Assembly (NCBI RefSeq): GCF_009914755.1
Contig: NC_060936.1
Direction: 5' to 3' (one strand)
Origin: the human T2T-CHM13v2.0 reference genome, Homo sapiens
Length of the DNA stretch: 64,000 nt
Shown: positions 13,880 through 27,812 of the stretch, one piece after another
Position numbering within the stretch: position 1 is the first letter of the stretch
Layout: the number at the start of each line of letters is the position of its first letter
Position numbers and translations under genes: made by a program
The notes under the pieces: model-generated
What the model saw: the letters and a program-made list of their open reading frames with translations, nothing else
Told to the model about the DNA's origin: nothing
Databases searched by the model: none

Positions 13880-14560
13880 GCCTTTGCTGGCAGTGTTCCT
13901 CCTCTCACCTCCACTTCACTTGGCCAACACCTACTTAGTCTTCAGACCTTGTCTTAAATGTTGCTTTCTCAGGGTACCTTTCCCTAACCTCCCTAAACTG
14001 ATTTCTCATGGAACCCTGGAGTTCACCTTCATCGTAGTGGTGATTAAACCATTATTTCTGGCCGGGCGCAGTGGCTCACCCCTGTAATCCCAGCACTTTG
14101 GGAGGCCGAGGTGGGTGGATCACGAGGTCAAGAGATCAAGACCATCCTGGCCAACACGGTGAAACCTCACCTCTACTAAAAATACAAAAAATAGCTGGGC
14201 ATGGTGGCACGTGCCTGTAGTCCCAGCTAGTTGACTACAGAGGTTGCAGTGAGCCGAGATTGCGCCACTGCACTCCAACCTGGCGACAGAGCAAGACTCC
14301 GTCTCAAAAAGACAAAATAACTTATTATTTCCTTTGCACCCCTCTCCCGTCCCAGACTCTAAGCTCAGTGAAGACCAGGACCAATGTGCCAGGCTCAGCG
14401 CTGAATCATCAGAGCCTAAAGTGTCTGATAAATACTACTTATTCATTCATCCATTCATTTACTCAATCATTCATTCCACAGATAATCCCTGAGTGCTTAT
14501 TCTGTGCTGGGTACCATGCTAGTTGCTGAGGATACAACAGTGAGCAAAGCCAAGTACCTG
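13880..14560. mobile_element. L2 fragments split by an Alu
   Basis: GGCCAACACCTACTTAGTCTTCAGA; AGACTCTAAGCTCAGTGAAGACCAGGAC; ATTCATTCATCCATTCATT...CTGAGTGCTTATTCTGTGCTGGG. Confidence 0.7.
14060..14318 (+). mobile_element. AluS (Sc-like) SINE with an internal right-arm deletion
   Basis: GGATCACGAGGTCAAGAGATCAAGACCATCCTGGCC; about 40 nt missing between TCCCAGCTA and CAGAGGTTGCAG. Confidence 0.95.
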
Positions 14561-15271
14561 CTGTCAGACCAGCCACTCATTCTGTGTGTGTTCAATAAGT
14601 GATCAACAGGAAGAGGAATGCCTATTCATTCTCACATATACTTTTAATGATGAGCATTGCCAGCCAATAGACTGGCTGCCTCATGTGGAGGTGAGCTCCC
14701 CATCACAGGAAGTATTCAATAAGATCCTGGATAAGAAAGAGCCCATTGTCATGATGCTGCAAGTGGAGGCTCCTGAAGGTCCCTCTTACCTCCACGATTC
14801 TCTGGTTCTCTGGAGGATGCCATCGGGTGGCTGCTGTTGTGTGGCTGTCAGAGTCCGGCAGCAGCATGCAAGGTAGACATCTTTGTTTTTTCCTGATGGA
14901 AGCCAACTGGCTTCTCTTGAAAACCAGAGCTAAACACTTGCCTTTGATATAAAATAAATTTTCATTTAAAAAATGCCAGGAAATCTATTTTTTTAGCTAT
15001 ATTTTTTTCAAAGAAAAATGATCATTTTGGAAAACACAGAAAGACTGAAAGGAAAATTGGAAGGACTTTAATTCCTCTACTCAAAGGTAATTATTGTAAA
15101 CATTTAACAATGGCCTTTTTGATGAATATATAAAAATATACATTTTTTTAAAAACAAGATCACATATTCTATCTTGTTCCTTTCATTTAAAAGATTGTGA
15201 GTACTTTTTACTTTGCTAAATATCGTTTCAAAATAAGATTTTTACCTCTGTGTGATATTTCCATATATATA

Positions 15272-15760
15272 TGTTATCTATTGGTATGCTCTATCCCCCC
15301 AAAAGTTAGCAGCTTAACAATAATCGTGATCTCTCCTGATTTCTGTGGGTCAGGAATTTGAGAGTGGCTTAGTTGGACATGTGTGGTGTGGGGTCTGTGG
15401 TTTGGGCTGTAGTCAGATGTTGGCTGGGGCTGCCATCATCTGAAGACTGGATTGGAGCTTTCAAGGTGGTGCCCTCACATGGTTATCAAGTTCGTACTTT
15501 TCCACGTGGCCTTTCCACTAGACTGCTTGAGTGTCCTTACAACATGGTGGCTGCCTTCCCCAAGTGAACGGTCTGAGAGAAAGAGGCAGGTGGAGGATAT
15601 GCCTTTTCTATGACTTGGTCTCAGAAGCCACATGCTGTCACTTGCATGGTATTCTGTTGGTCACATAGGTCAATCTATTGTGTTTTGAGAGCATGTGTAC
15701 ATAAGGTATGAATACAAGGAGGTGAAGTTTATTTGGAGACACCTCAGAGGCTGACTACTG
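15272..15760 (-). mobile_element. MLT1 (MLT1H-like) MaLR LTR within an L1M relic
   Basis: TTCTGTGGGTCAGGAATTTG; AGTCAGATGTTGGCTGGGGCTGC; CTGCTTGAGTGTCCTTACAACATGGTGGCTGCCTTCCCCA. Confidence 0.85.
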
Positions 15761-16017
15761 TGTATCCTCTTTCTGCAATAATTGCTTCTTCACCAGTCCC
15801 CTCTTGTTGGGTATCTATATTGTTTCCACTGTTTCACTCTCATAGGGCACGTACATTCCCGAAAACCTTAGGTACCTGATGTGGAACAAGTGCCTGATCT
15901 ACATTTGAATTCACTTAGTCCAACCAGAGTTTCAAAGTTACAACTTAGGAGCAGAGTCATTTTGGGGCCATACCCAAAGCTGCCTCCCATTTGGACCATT
16001 CCCTTTAAGCATTTTCA

Positions 16018-16765
<748 letters not shown>

Positions 16766-16899
16766 GGGAAAATGAGGGAATGGGAAAGCCAACACATTCA
16801 GTCAATATTCTTGGAACATCATTAAGACACAGAACAGTGTATCGGAACAGAGGTTACTGACTCCTGCCCTATTGTAGATCTGGGGTAATTTTATTATTA

Positions 16900-17160
16900 A
16901 TAATAATCTTAACAGCAATATTAGCTATCCTGTGTTAAGTCTTTTCCATGTACAGGGCATTGTATTACATTACAGGGCATTTAACACATACAATTTCTAA
17001 TCTTTACAGCCAATCTGTTAGGCACATGTTATTATGAGTCTCTTTCAGGCAAGGAAAAATGAGTTTGGAAAGGCTCAGTATCTGCCTGAGGTCACAAAAT
17101 CTGTAGTAGAGCTAGGATTAAACTCAGGTCTGTTTTACTCTAAACTCCAAGTGCTTCTGT
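16900..17160 (-). mobile_element. MIR SINE
   Basis: Degenerate MIR: CTGAGGTCACA...AGAGCTAGGATTAAACTCAGGTCTGT. Confidence 0.7.
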
Positions 17161-18459
17161 CTAAAAGCAGTCTAGACCAACCTAAGGGGGAGTAGGCGAA
17201 CCAATGTGGTTTCTGTATGAAGCTTTCAATGCCTTCTTCCACAGTGGAGCAATAATTTTAAAAAGAAGAAGGAAGAGAAGAAAATCTTTAGCATGCCAAC
17301 TCATCTGAACAACTGCCCAGGAGTCAGAGTATAGTGTGTTTGGCAAATTATGAGTTTTGTGTCAGTGCATACAAAGTAGGCAAGAAGTGAGGAAAAGATC
17401 CCTTGAAATAATGGGATGGGGAATGCAGCACTCAGCATGGTGAGCTCACATAATAAAGTCACCTTGGAGAGCTCAGTAAATTATTGTGCAGAGACTGCTG
17501 CTGATAGACGAGGCACACTGGCATCCCTCAGTGCCCCTGGTGGCTCTGAAAACAGTGCCCTGGCAGCTCTGGGCACCCAAAGGGCACTCCATCAATTACT
17601 TGGTTTTAGAAGAAAATTTCCCCCACAGTGCAGATGGATGGATGAGAGAAGGATTGGCAGAAGTCAGAGAGGGCAGGGGAGAGGGAGAGAGTTGCAACAG
17701 AATGACATTACTTTACACTTGGTATTTTGCAATAATGAAAATTACCTACTCTATCTTCAGCACTGGATGTGTAGCAAAAAAATTAGGAACTTCTCTGGTC
17801 TATATCCTTTGGATGCTTCCTGAAATGGAAAAGTGGACTTGATGAGATTGTGCTGGGGAGGTCACAGGGTGGAGGATGGGCTGGAGAGTGGCCAAAAGCC
17901 CACAGTCTCCAAAGACTTTGGCCCAACTCTTGTGTCAGCCTCTCCTTGAGCTGAAGCTGGAACCTGATGGGTTTGGCGGATTTGTTTGTGTTTTTCTACC
18001 AGGTAGAGAATTATCTGTTTATACCTCAGAACTCTGGATGCCATGATTGCAATACCTCATCAACCCTGAGATGCTCAGATGCTTGCCAAGTTAATCTCAC
18101 TGATTAGAACCTATGTCTATGAGAGGAGTCTCTAGAAGGGTCACCAGAACTCTCTGCTTATTCACTTTGGAGACGCGGGCACAGTGCGAGGGGGAGTGGG
18201 ACACAGGAGGGAGGAAATGATGGTGGGGGTGGGCAGCCCATGTGTTCACAAAGTCTCCAGGGCACTAAAGAGGTGACCAGGCACCCATCCAAGGCTTTGC
18301 TAGCCAATGGACAGTTCCACATAGGCTGGAATTGGAAATGGAATTTGATCTGAGCCTAAAACGTGAGAGGCACAATAGCACTTGGGGTGAACTTTGGCCC
18401 AGGATCCTGCACACAGCAGGTGCTTCCTCAGCCAGCATTGCTAAGAACCTTGCCAGTGT

Positions 18460-18640
18460 GGAGGTGGTTAAGAATGGGGACGTGGGAGCCAGAGGGCCTG
18501 GATTTGCATCCTGCCCTCTGTGATCCTGGGCAAGTCACAGATAATAATCACCCTGCTTCATGAGGTTGTTGCAAGTGTTAAATGATTTAATACTTGTGAA
18601 GAGCTTAGCACATAGTATTTATTAGTCATTATTATTATGT
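18460..18640 (+). mobile_element. MIR SINE (internally deleted)
   Basis: GTGGTTAAGA...TGTGATCCTGGGCAAGTCA...CATGAGGTTGTTG...TTAAATGA. Confidence 0.75.
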
Positions 18641-20587
18641 CTAATTTTTAGCCCCATTTTCAAATAGCCAAGCCAACCTTTGATACCCAGACGTTTTCAA
18701 GACCCTCAGTCTGGTGGCCCAATTGCCGATTCATCTCCTGGTCCAAAGCCATCCAGCACATCACCATCAGATTAATTTCTAAATTAACCTAAAACTTTGT
18801 GTTCATTGCTTATTTGCATTTAAAAAATTAATACCAGATGTAAGAGACCTGATTTGCAATTTGGCATCAGTTCACATGAAGATGATCTGTGGCTTCTCCC
18901 TGAAAAAGTTAATATGAGCCAAGAATGTGACACTCTGGTTTGTTTCTTTGGAAGCTGCTTGGATGCATATAATGTAATTAACAAGTATTGAACACCTACT
19001 CTGTTGGAGGTGCCGTGCCGTTCATCACTGCACACCTCAACAGTGTTACCCACCACTGTTTTTCGGAAGAAAAACAGCTTAAATAAAATATTACCTTGGA
19101 ACCCTCGCCAAAAGGATTGGGGTAGGAGTGGGAGAAGCCCAGACCTCTCTTGCTCAGCCTCTCCTTGACCTGGGGGCCAGTCCTGCTTAGGATTCTCTGG
19201 CCTTGACCCCTGGTCACTCCTCCTTTGTGCCTTGAGAAGAACTGACCAGAAGTGACCCACCCAAGGCCATTCTAGAAGGTTCTAAGGAAACAAAACCAGG
19301 GCCTATGATTCCCAGCCCAGCACCCTTTTTCCTTTTCTTGCTTTTTATTGCTCTTTGCGCGTAATTGTAAAAATGCCTCCTGCTTTCTACTGCCTCTTGA
19401 TTTCTCCCCATCTCAGCTCTTGCTAACCCGACCCATTTTCTTTTCTCATGCATGGATGCTGCTCTGAGAAGCTCCCAATCGATGCATTTGGGAAGATCCC
19501 CTTGCAGGGTTCTCCAACTGCACCTCATCTAATAGAGTTAACATTTCGTTCTCATTCTTTCCTTGCATGAGCCACAGCCCCTGACTTCTGCATTTCCTGG
19601 CTGGGTGACGTTAGACAAGGAAGATACTTTTCCTGAGCAGGGATAATTATACCCACTTAGCAGGCTTGTGAGGCACAAAGGAGGTGGCTTGTGTGACTGT
19701 CCCTAATGCAGTCGCCGCTCCATGCCACGTTCCATCCTTCCCACCCACCCCCAGCTCTTAGAGACTCAGGAAAAATGTGAAGATTTTTTAGTGTTGTTTA
19801 ACAATCATTTACATTTTCAGTGCAATCAAACTTGTAGTTTGATTTAGATGAGAAGAATAACTGCCAAATAAACTAAAAATGGCACGGACAATGATGGTAA
19901 TTGTCGGCAGCGGGATAATTGATCTAATTACACAAAGGAAAGCAGCTCCCCGATGAGTTGAGCCCGTGGGCTCCTGCAGGCAGCAGCTCAGGCCGTGTCC
20001 CAGGTCCTGAGTGGCTGTAAGAAAACCAGAAGTTTCAAGACAAGGTGAGGAGACAGTCACGGGAGCAGCATGTCTTCAGGCGGAAATTGTTCCAATTTCC
20101 CCACAAATGATCACTGATGTGTATTTTGCTGGACTGCCTCTGGAGAACAGAGCTCAGATTTGGAATGGTTTAGATGCTATTTTATTGCAGCTGTATTTAC
20201 TGTTTGCTTTCCCAGCCATGGTGAGGAAAGTGGTACATTCCCAAGGCCCAAGACAGAGGAAGTGATTTACAAACCTAGCCCAGGAAGGGCCACCCTGTTC
20301 ATCTTGGGGGAAGACCCGAAGCCCCAACAGGGTTCCCGGGTTGAAATGAAGCTGCTAATGGATGAGTCTTGTTGGTTTCGATCCTGACCTCTGTTTGCCT
20401 GTGGAAGCTGGCCCAAGGGGCCAGTGGCTTTGCTCAGGACAGTCTCATCCTGGCCAGCGAAGAGGGAGGCTGCCCTGCTTGGCCTCTGCTCCCTACACGC
20501 TCCCTACACACTCCCTACGCACATCTTAGTCAAACTGCTTCACCTTGGGCCTAATGACCACTCGTTCCATCTAGGGAGGCAGTGAGC

Positions 20588-21020
20588 TTTTTTTTTAAAT
20601 TGTAAAAAACACATAACCTAAAATGTGCCATCGTAACCATTTTTAAGTGTACAGTTCTGTAGAGCTCAGTACCTTCACACTGTTGTGCAACAGCTCGCCA
20701 GAGCTGCTTCATCTTGCAACGTGGAATCTCTATACCGTTTGAACAATAACTCCCCATTTCTCCCGCCCGCCAGCCTCTCGTAACCACCATTCTACTTTCT
20801 GTTTCTATGAGTTTGATGCTTTTAGATACCTCATATAAGTGGATTCATATAGTATCTGTCCTTTTGTGACTGGCTTATTTCCCTTAACCTAATGTCCTCA
20901 GGCTCCTCCATGTTGTAACATGGTAGGATTTCCGTCTTTGTAAGGTTGAATGATATTCCACTGGATATATGTACTGCGTTTTCTTTCTCCATTCATCTGT
21001 TCATAGACATTTGGCTTTCT
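20588..21020 (-). mobile_element. L1MB (L1MB2/3-like) 3' end
   Basis: TAACCATTTTTAAGTGTACAGTTC...AACCACCATTCTACTTTCTGTTTCTATGAGTTTG...TTTAGATACCTCATATAAGTGG. Confidence 0.9.
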
Positions 21021-21211
21021 TCCACCAGAGTTTACCCTTCTTTAACATGTACTGAGTACCTACTGCGTGGTAGACAGTACCCCATTATCTTAGTGCTAAA
21101 ATGTGTACTCATGGAGGGGCAGTATGAGTGAATCCGAGTACCTGAGAGGAAAGAAAACAAACGCCGTCTCCCACTGAGTGAAAACTAAATGTGGACCACC
21201 ATCATAGCCAC

Positions 21212-21465
21212 CCCATAATACAACAGCCCATGTTTACTGGGCCCTTACCATGTGCCTGACAGTGGTCTGATGTCTGTATTTGTGTCTCCATCTTATGTGA
21301 TCTCATTCAATCATTAACAACCCTATATGCAGAAACCTTCTCCATCAACTTAACATTATCTCCAGTGAGGAACGGAGGCTCGAGGAGATTAAGTGACCTC
21401 CCGAGATCATGTAGCAGGTAGTGGCAGAACCAGGATTCAAACCCTGGCCATCTGGCTCTAGGTTC
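21212..21465 (-). mobile_element. MIR SINE
   Basis: GTGAGGAACGGAGGCTCGAGGAGATTAAGTGACC...GTGGCAGAACCAGGATTCAAACCC. Confidence 0.85.
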
Positions 21466-23394
21466 CTGAACTGCAGATGCAGTAGTTAGACTGAAAAACC
21501 TCAAACGGGTGCTGTGCTTCTATTTCACCTGCAGGGGGCCAAGATTCTTTTCCCAGGGTAGTAAAACGTCCCCGACACCACCTCTGCCCCATGGTCTCGA
21601 GCAAGCCGTAGATATGTGGTTGGTTTCCCAGTTGCAGAATGTAATGGAACCCTGTATGGGTGTCAGGCTGAAGAGGGTCATCCCACAAGTATTGAGCACC
21701 TCCTATGTGCTAGGTGCCGGGGATGCAGAGGTGATCTAGAAGGCAAGGCCCTGCCTTCAGTAAGGGGAGCTTTTTGAATACAGGGCCAGGGAAGTCGGGG
21801 GAGGGAGCTCCAAGGCTACCTGCAGTCACTGGAGTCTTGGACAAATAAGCCCTGGTGTTCAGAATCATCCAAGCTGGTCCCAGTACTTGGTAGAACCCAA
21901 AAATTTTCCATTGAGTCCTCTTTGGACAGTTGTATAATGGACAGTTGTATAAGAAGGTGTAGGGCTGAGAGCGTGAGAAGCTGCTTGATTGTCTCAACAG
22001 GATGATGATGAGATCCACAGAAAGACACCCATGGACACAGTAGGAAGTGACCAAGGACGTGGAAACATGGGGGAGGGCTGTGCAGTGAGGACAGTGCAGT
22101 GCACTGCTGGGTGGTCACTCCTGGGGTCCCTGGATTCCCCATGGTGGTAATACACAGCACAGAGTGAGAGTCCAGAGGAGGAGTCCACCTGGCAGGGAAG
22201 CTTGCTTTGCCATTCCTATGGGGGGTAATGTCCCCCATGCCACCCCCTGCCCCCAGCCCAGTGCTCCAGAGACTTCGGCCTGTCCACTCGCCAGGAGCAA
22301 GGAACTGTACCTGCTAACCCCAGCTCATAGCTGAGGCTGGATGCTGCAAGGTCACACGCAGACAGACGCCAACCTCTAGCCTCCCCACAGAAGTGAACTG
22401 AGTTAACCATGAGCCCCTCCACCCCTGCTTTCTATTTATTTCCACTGCCAACATCCCCCTAGCTATGAAGTCATCACCAGGCCGCTACCCCCTCCCCCAT
22501 CTCCAGAACAGGAGTGGTCATAGCATCCTCATTATAATGACTGAATGAAAGAAACTTGAAGCATCTGGTCCTGTGTCTGGCACTTAAGGAACACACATGT
22601 AGCTCTCCTTTCTCTCATCCTTTGGCTGTTTGCATGTGTGTCTTGGATCTCTGTCTGTCTGTGTCTCTCTTATCTCTTCATGGAATTCTGGGAAACACTC
22701 AGAAAGTGGTGGTTGGTGAGGGCACATTCATGTCCAGTAATAGTTGATGGAAATGGCAGAGGGCTTTGTCAAGTTGACGGGGAAGGTTTCTGCATGCCTT
22801 GCTTTTGGTGGAAGGGTGAGCGACTTCGCAGAGCCTAGAGCGGGCTTCCAGCTGCTCAGTACAAATCCCCCTGACCTTCGCGCCGGAGCCGCGGGCAGGT
22901 ATTTTCCACTTCACAGCATTTCTTTTAATTCTTTCCTGATTGATGCGTGAGATGCCAGTGTGAAGGCAGCTCTGCCCCTCCAGCCTCGGCAGGATAGCTA
23001 GGGATGGATTCCACCACTGCTCTCACTGCCCCCAGCATCCCTTTATCCTGGATCCCGGGGTTTCTCAGCAAAGGTTTGAGGAATTTGACTTTCCTTTTGG
23101 GAGCAGGAGTCCTGGGGAGGTGGAGAAGGTGGTGGGAAGTAAGGGACAGCCTCCTTGCTTTTCATGGCCAGAGTTCACTAGCAAAAGTGGGGCTGCCTTG
23201 CCTCACTCCTTGTTGCTCAGAAAGATATACCAGAGAGTCAGTTTAACAGAGAAACAGTGTTACGAGCAATGGGTAAGAGATGTGGGTAAAGAAGGGAGTG
23301 GAAATGTAATCATTTTGAACCTAAGGAACACATTTGAGTTAAAAAGTCCCTGAGTACAAAAGGGGTGCTGTGCTCGTGTATAAACCAGGGTGGG

Positions 23395-23860
23395 CCCATT
23401 CAGGTATAAGTGACAGAGAGTTCTTCTGCCCCGCTCCCTGTATAGTTGCTTATGTAAATTCAGGATGTTTTTCTCTCTTGTTGCAAGAAGTCAAAGTTGG
23501 AGTTACTCTTTTAAGTCAGCAGCTCAAAAATGGCAGAGCTGAAGTCTCTATGATTTTCTTAGTTTTTTCCTCTGGTTCCAAGATAGCTGCTATAGTGCCA
23601 TCCGTCATGTCTAGATTCCAGGCAGCAGAAAGAAGGAAGGTAAGCAAGACGAAAGGGGTAGTTCCTAGACCTAGAAAGCAAGACTTTCGAACAAACCGTA
23701 AAAGATTTCTGATTGCAATTCTTTGCGTAGAACTATGTCAGTTGGCCACTGGTAGGGAGATTTGGAAATTTGGTGTCCACCTCGAATCAAATCAAACAAA
23801 TGAGTGAGGAACAGAGGGAAGACCAGATGCTGGGTAGGTAATTAGCAACCCTGCTGTAGC
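23395..23860 (-). mobile_element. Old MaLR LTR (MLT1J/K/L-like)
   Basis: CAAGATAGCTGCTATAGTGCCATCCGTCATGTCTAGATTCCAGGCAGCAGAAAG; GATGCTGGGTAGGTAATTAGCA. Confidence 0.65.
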
Positions 23861-25769
23861 ACTTCTTTTGGATTAAATCAAAGTCTAGCCGCATATCACC
23901 CCTCCACCCACTTTTCCTCTTTTTTTCTCATTCATTTTCTATCTTTTTTCCAAGTGATGCATCAGGCTCCCTACTGCTGAGGTGCGGTGGTCAGCCTGGG
24001 ATGAGGCCCTGGGTCTGTCTTCACAGACTAAAGATAGTGCCTTGACCTGAGCACAGCACTCAGGCTCCGTCTCAGGTGGCCACAGTAACTTTGCATAGAT
24101 CCAGTCTTATCATCTCGTGTCATCTCCTATGAAGCCAACTATGGCATGCTGGCAGAGCTCAGCGTGCATGCGGTGACTCTTCGTTGGCCTCTGTGGAATT
24201 TGCACCGCAGGACATTCCCAGCCCCAGACTTACTGCGACTGGTCTCACTAACGCACAAGTAGCCCCTGCCGGCTTTGCTCACGGGATGTTGGGATGTTGT
24301 CCTCAGCCAGTGAGACACAGATACACACTCACAAACCATCTTCGTGACCACAGTGGGGGGTTGCTGGTTTAAAGCCAGAGACAGTGGAGGAGAAAGGAAG
24401 ACCAAATCCTTATTTTTTTTGTTGCTGTTTACTGTCTTTCTGTTCAACAAGCTTTCAATGACCCCATCTAGGTGTTAAGGCTACAGAGGTGACAGTCCCA
24501 GGTCCCTACCTCTAGTTCATACTTCAGAAGTTTCAATGTTTCTAAGATATGGTGTTCCTTACAAAGGCACAGCATGCTGGGAAAGACCTTCAGGCATCGT
24601 CTGATCAAACTTCATCCTTTTTTTTTTTTTAAATTGATGAAGAAAGCGTGGCATTGGGAAATTGAGTTGCTTAAGGCCAGAAAACTTGGAAGCAATGGAG
24701 CCCAGCCTCAGCTCCGGGCTGTCAGCCCAAGCCCATGCTGCCATCCCAGTTTGTTTTTCCTGTTACCTAACAGTCAAGGGGAATCATATTTCCTGGTCTA
24801 GCAAGCATCTTCAATCCACTATTTGCATGTCTTTCTTCTCATCTCTGGGAGCGAAACAAAAAGAGTAAACCTTAAAGGTTTTCACATCCTTCACCCTAAA
24901 TGACCACTTACGCACATTTTAAGTTATTGTCAGCGATTTGTGTTTTAAAATACAAGCCTTGCTATGTTTAGCTAATTCTCCTGGGTGAGAGACATGATTG
25001 ATTAGAAACTTTAACAGCCGTTCATGGAGAGAAGTATAAGTCTTTCAGGATCACGCCTCTCACCCAGCCTTTGTTGGGAATGGAGAATTGATCTGGGAGC
25101 CACAGCACTTCTTTCTTCCCTGGCAGATGAAAAAAAAAACCCTCGAGATCATTTGCAGGCCAGCCCCGCTCCCATGTTTTTTCTCTGAAGAGCATGGGAG
25201 AAATAATGCATGTTCCATTTCACAGCTTGGAAAATCAGCAGTAGTTGTTTCAGATTGCTGGAATTTTGGAAGGATTTTCTCTGTACTTTTCCAAGTGCCC
25301 CATGTGTTTGAATACCCAGGTGATGGTGGCGCTGGCTACCTAGACAGCTTCTTCCACCTTCACGCTCTGGACTCCGATGGCTGGACTTGCATTCTTGAGG
25401 GTCCCCAGGCTCCAGTGTGGTGTGTCGGGAACATAGGGAGAACCTTGCTCAATAAGCATCTGTGTCTGCCTTGGCTCAAGCTGGAGCAGGGTGTCCAAGG
25501 CAGCCTGGACCCGAATAAAGACACGCTTTATTTCCCCTTCAGTTGACGGAGGGGGATTTTGAAGGTAGCAGGGGAAACAGAGTGAGCAGTGTTCAGGGAC
25601 GCAGCCCACCTTCCTGGGTAGTTTTCCACTGCAACAGACCCGCCGAGGCCAGCCAGCCAAGGATACTCAGAGTTTTACAAGCATGCTGTGTGGACTGGGG
25701 CGGGGGCTGGCTTAGAGCCCCCTATGCCGCCCCCAACCTGCAGTGCCTCTTGGTGAGGAGAGGAGGCAG

Positions 25770-26168
25770 GATGAGCGTCTGCAATCATTGCCATGACAAA
25801 GTACCAGAGGCCGAGGGACTTAAATAGCAATTTATTTTCTCACACTTCTGGAGGCTGGGAGTCTAAGATCAAGGTGTGGTCAGGGTTGGTTTCTTCTCAG
25901 GCCATGAGAGAAGGGGCTGTCCCAGGCCTGTCTCCTTGGCTGGTAGATGCACCTTCATGTTCACACAGCAGTCTCCTTGTGTCTCTGTGCAAATTTCCCC
26001 CTCTTGTCATGATACCAGACACATTAGATTGGGACCCCACCCTAAGGACCTCATTTTCACTTGATCACCTCTGTGCAGACCCTATCTCCAAATAAGGGTA
26101 CTGTCTGAACGACTGGGGGTTAGTACCTCAGCATGTGCATTTTGGAGAGACACAGTTAATTCATGACA
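25770..26168 (-). mobile_element. MLT1B-like MaLR solo LTR
   Basis: TTTATTTTCTCACACTTCTGGAGGCTGGGAGTCTAAGATCAAGGTG...GACCCTATCTCCAAATAAGG...CTGGGGGTTAG. Confidence 0.88.
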
Positions 26169-26344
26169 GCGTGTACCTTACATTCCATGGTGTTTATCTG
26201 GAGAGGGGGAGGTAGCCCTGGGGACCGTAACTCTGGCACTTCCTAGCGCCTTGATGATTGGCTTTTCTCCTACCTTCTGCTTCCATTCTCCTCCTCCCAG
26301 ACTCTCTCATCCAATAACCCCCGCATCTGTACCCTGTTCGCTCC

Positions 26345-26600
26345 ATAATAATGATAACTACTCCTTAGTAGTTGCTTCTTAGGTGCCAAGCAAAGTGCTA
26401 GGCATTTTATTTTTATTAACTCATGTAATCCTCATGATGACCCTTGAAATAGGCTCTATTGCCGTTCTCATTGTATAAACAAGGGAACTGAGGCACAGAG
26501 AGATTTAGTAACTTGCCCAAGGGCACGCTGCTAGTAAGTGGTGAAGCTGGGATTTGAACTCAGGCAGTCTGGCTGCAGAGGATACTTTATAAACCACTTC
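26345..26600 (-). mobile_element. MIR SINE, near full length
   Basis: GAACTGAGGCACAGAGAGATTTAGTAACTTGCCCAAGG...AGTAAGTGGTGAAGCTGGGATTTGAACTCAGGCAGTCTGGCT. Confidence 0.92.
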
Positions 26601-26779
26601 TACTTCACTTAATAGACGTAATATTCCACTTGAAGCCCTTCACATCTTACCAAGGGCTCCCAAAACGTTCTCTCACTTGATCTCCATCAAAAAAGAGCAC
26701 CATTGGAGGGGCTCAGAGGAATGGGTTCTAACATGGGATGTGTCTGGATCCGTGCTCAAGAACTGGGATGATGCCATGG

Positions 26780-26985
26780 ATAAGAGCACAGCTCTGTGTT
26801 CTGCATCACAGACTCTGCATTGACTAGCTGTGTGACTTTGGGCAAGTGATGTAGCCTCTCTGTGCCTCACTTTCCTCATCTGCAAAGTGGGGTGACAGTC
26901 TCTTAGGGTTGTTTAGGGAGGATTCCTTGAGGGGCTGGCACATGATAATTGCTCAAGACATATGATCGTTGGTGATAATATTACT
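26780..26985 (+). mobile_element. MIR SINE
   Basis: ACTAGCTGTGTGACTTTGGGCAAG...CCTCACTTTCCTCATCTGCAAAGTGGGG. Confidence 0.88.
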
Positions 26986-27056
26986 TCTCCGTATCTCTAA
27001 GAGCTTCCGGGGATCTCCAAGAGCCATCACTGCCCCGATCCTCCATCCCCACAGTG

Positions 27057-27698
<642 letters not shown>

Positions 27699-27699
27699 G

Positions 27700-27812
27700 C
27701 TAGACTAGAAATGAGACGCTCCAGGGACCACATCTGTTTTGCTTATCGCTGTATCCCAGCACCTAGCCCAGATCCTGGCTTTACAGTAGATGCTCAGAAA
27801 ATACTTGTTGAT
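27700..27812 (+). mobile_element. L2 3' end
   Basis: CGCTGTATCCCAGCACCTAGCCCAG...CAGTAGATGCTCAGAAAATACTTGTTGA. Confidence 0.8.

Noticed and set aside
14586-14876. 96-aa ORF with protein-like composition and a possible exon at 14709-14872
   Set aside because: No recognisable homology, non-ATG start, weak acceptor and weak GTAGAC donor
17528-17546. CTCF-like GCCACCAGGGGCAC on the minus strand
   Set aside because: One G short of the core spacing, so a poor match
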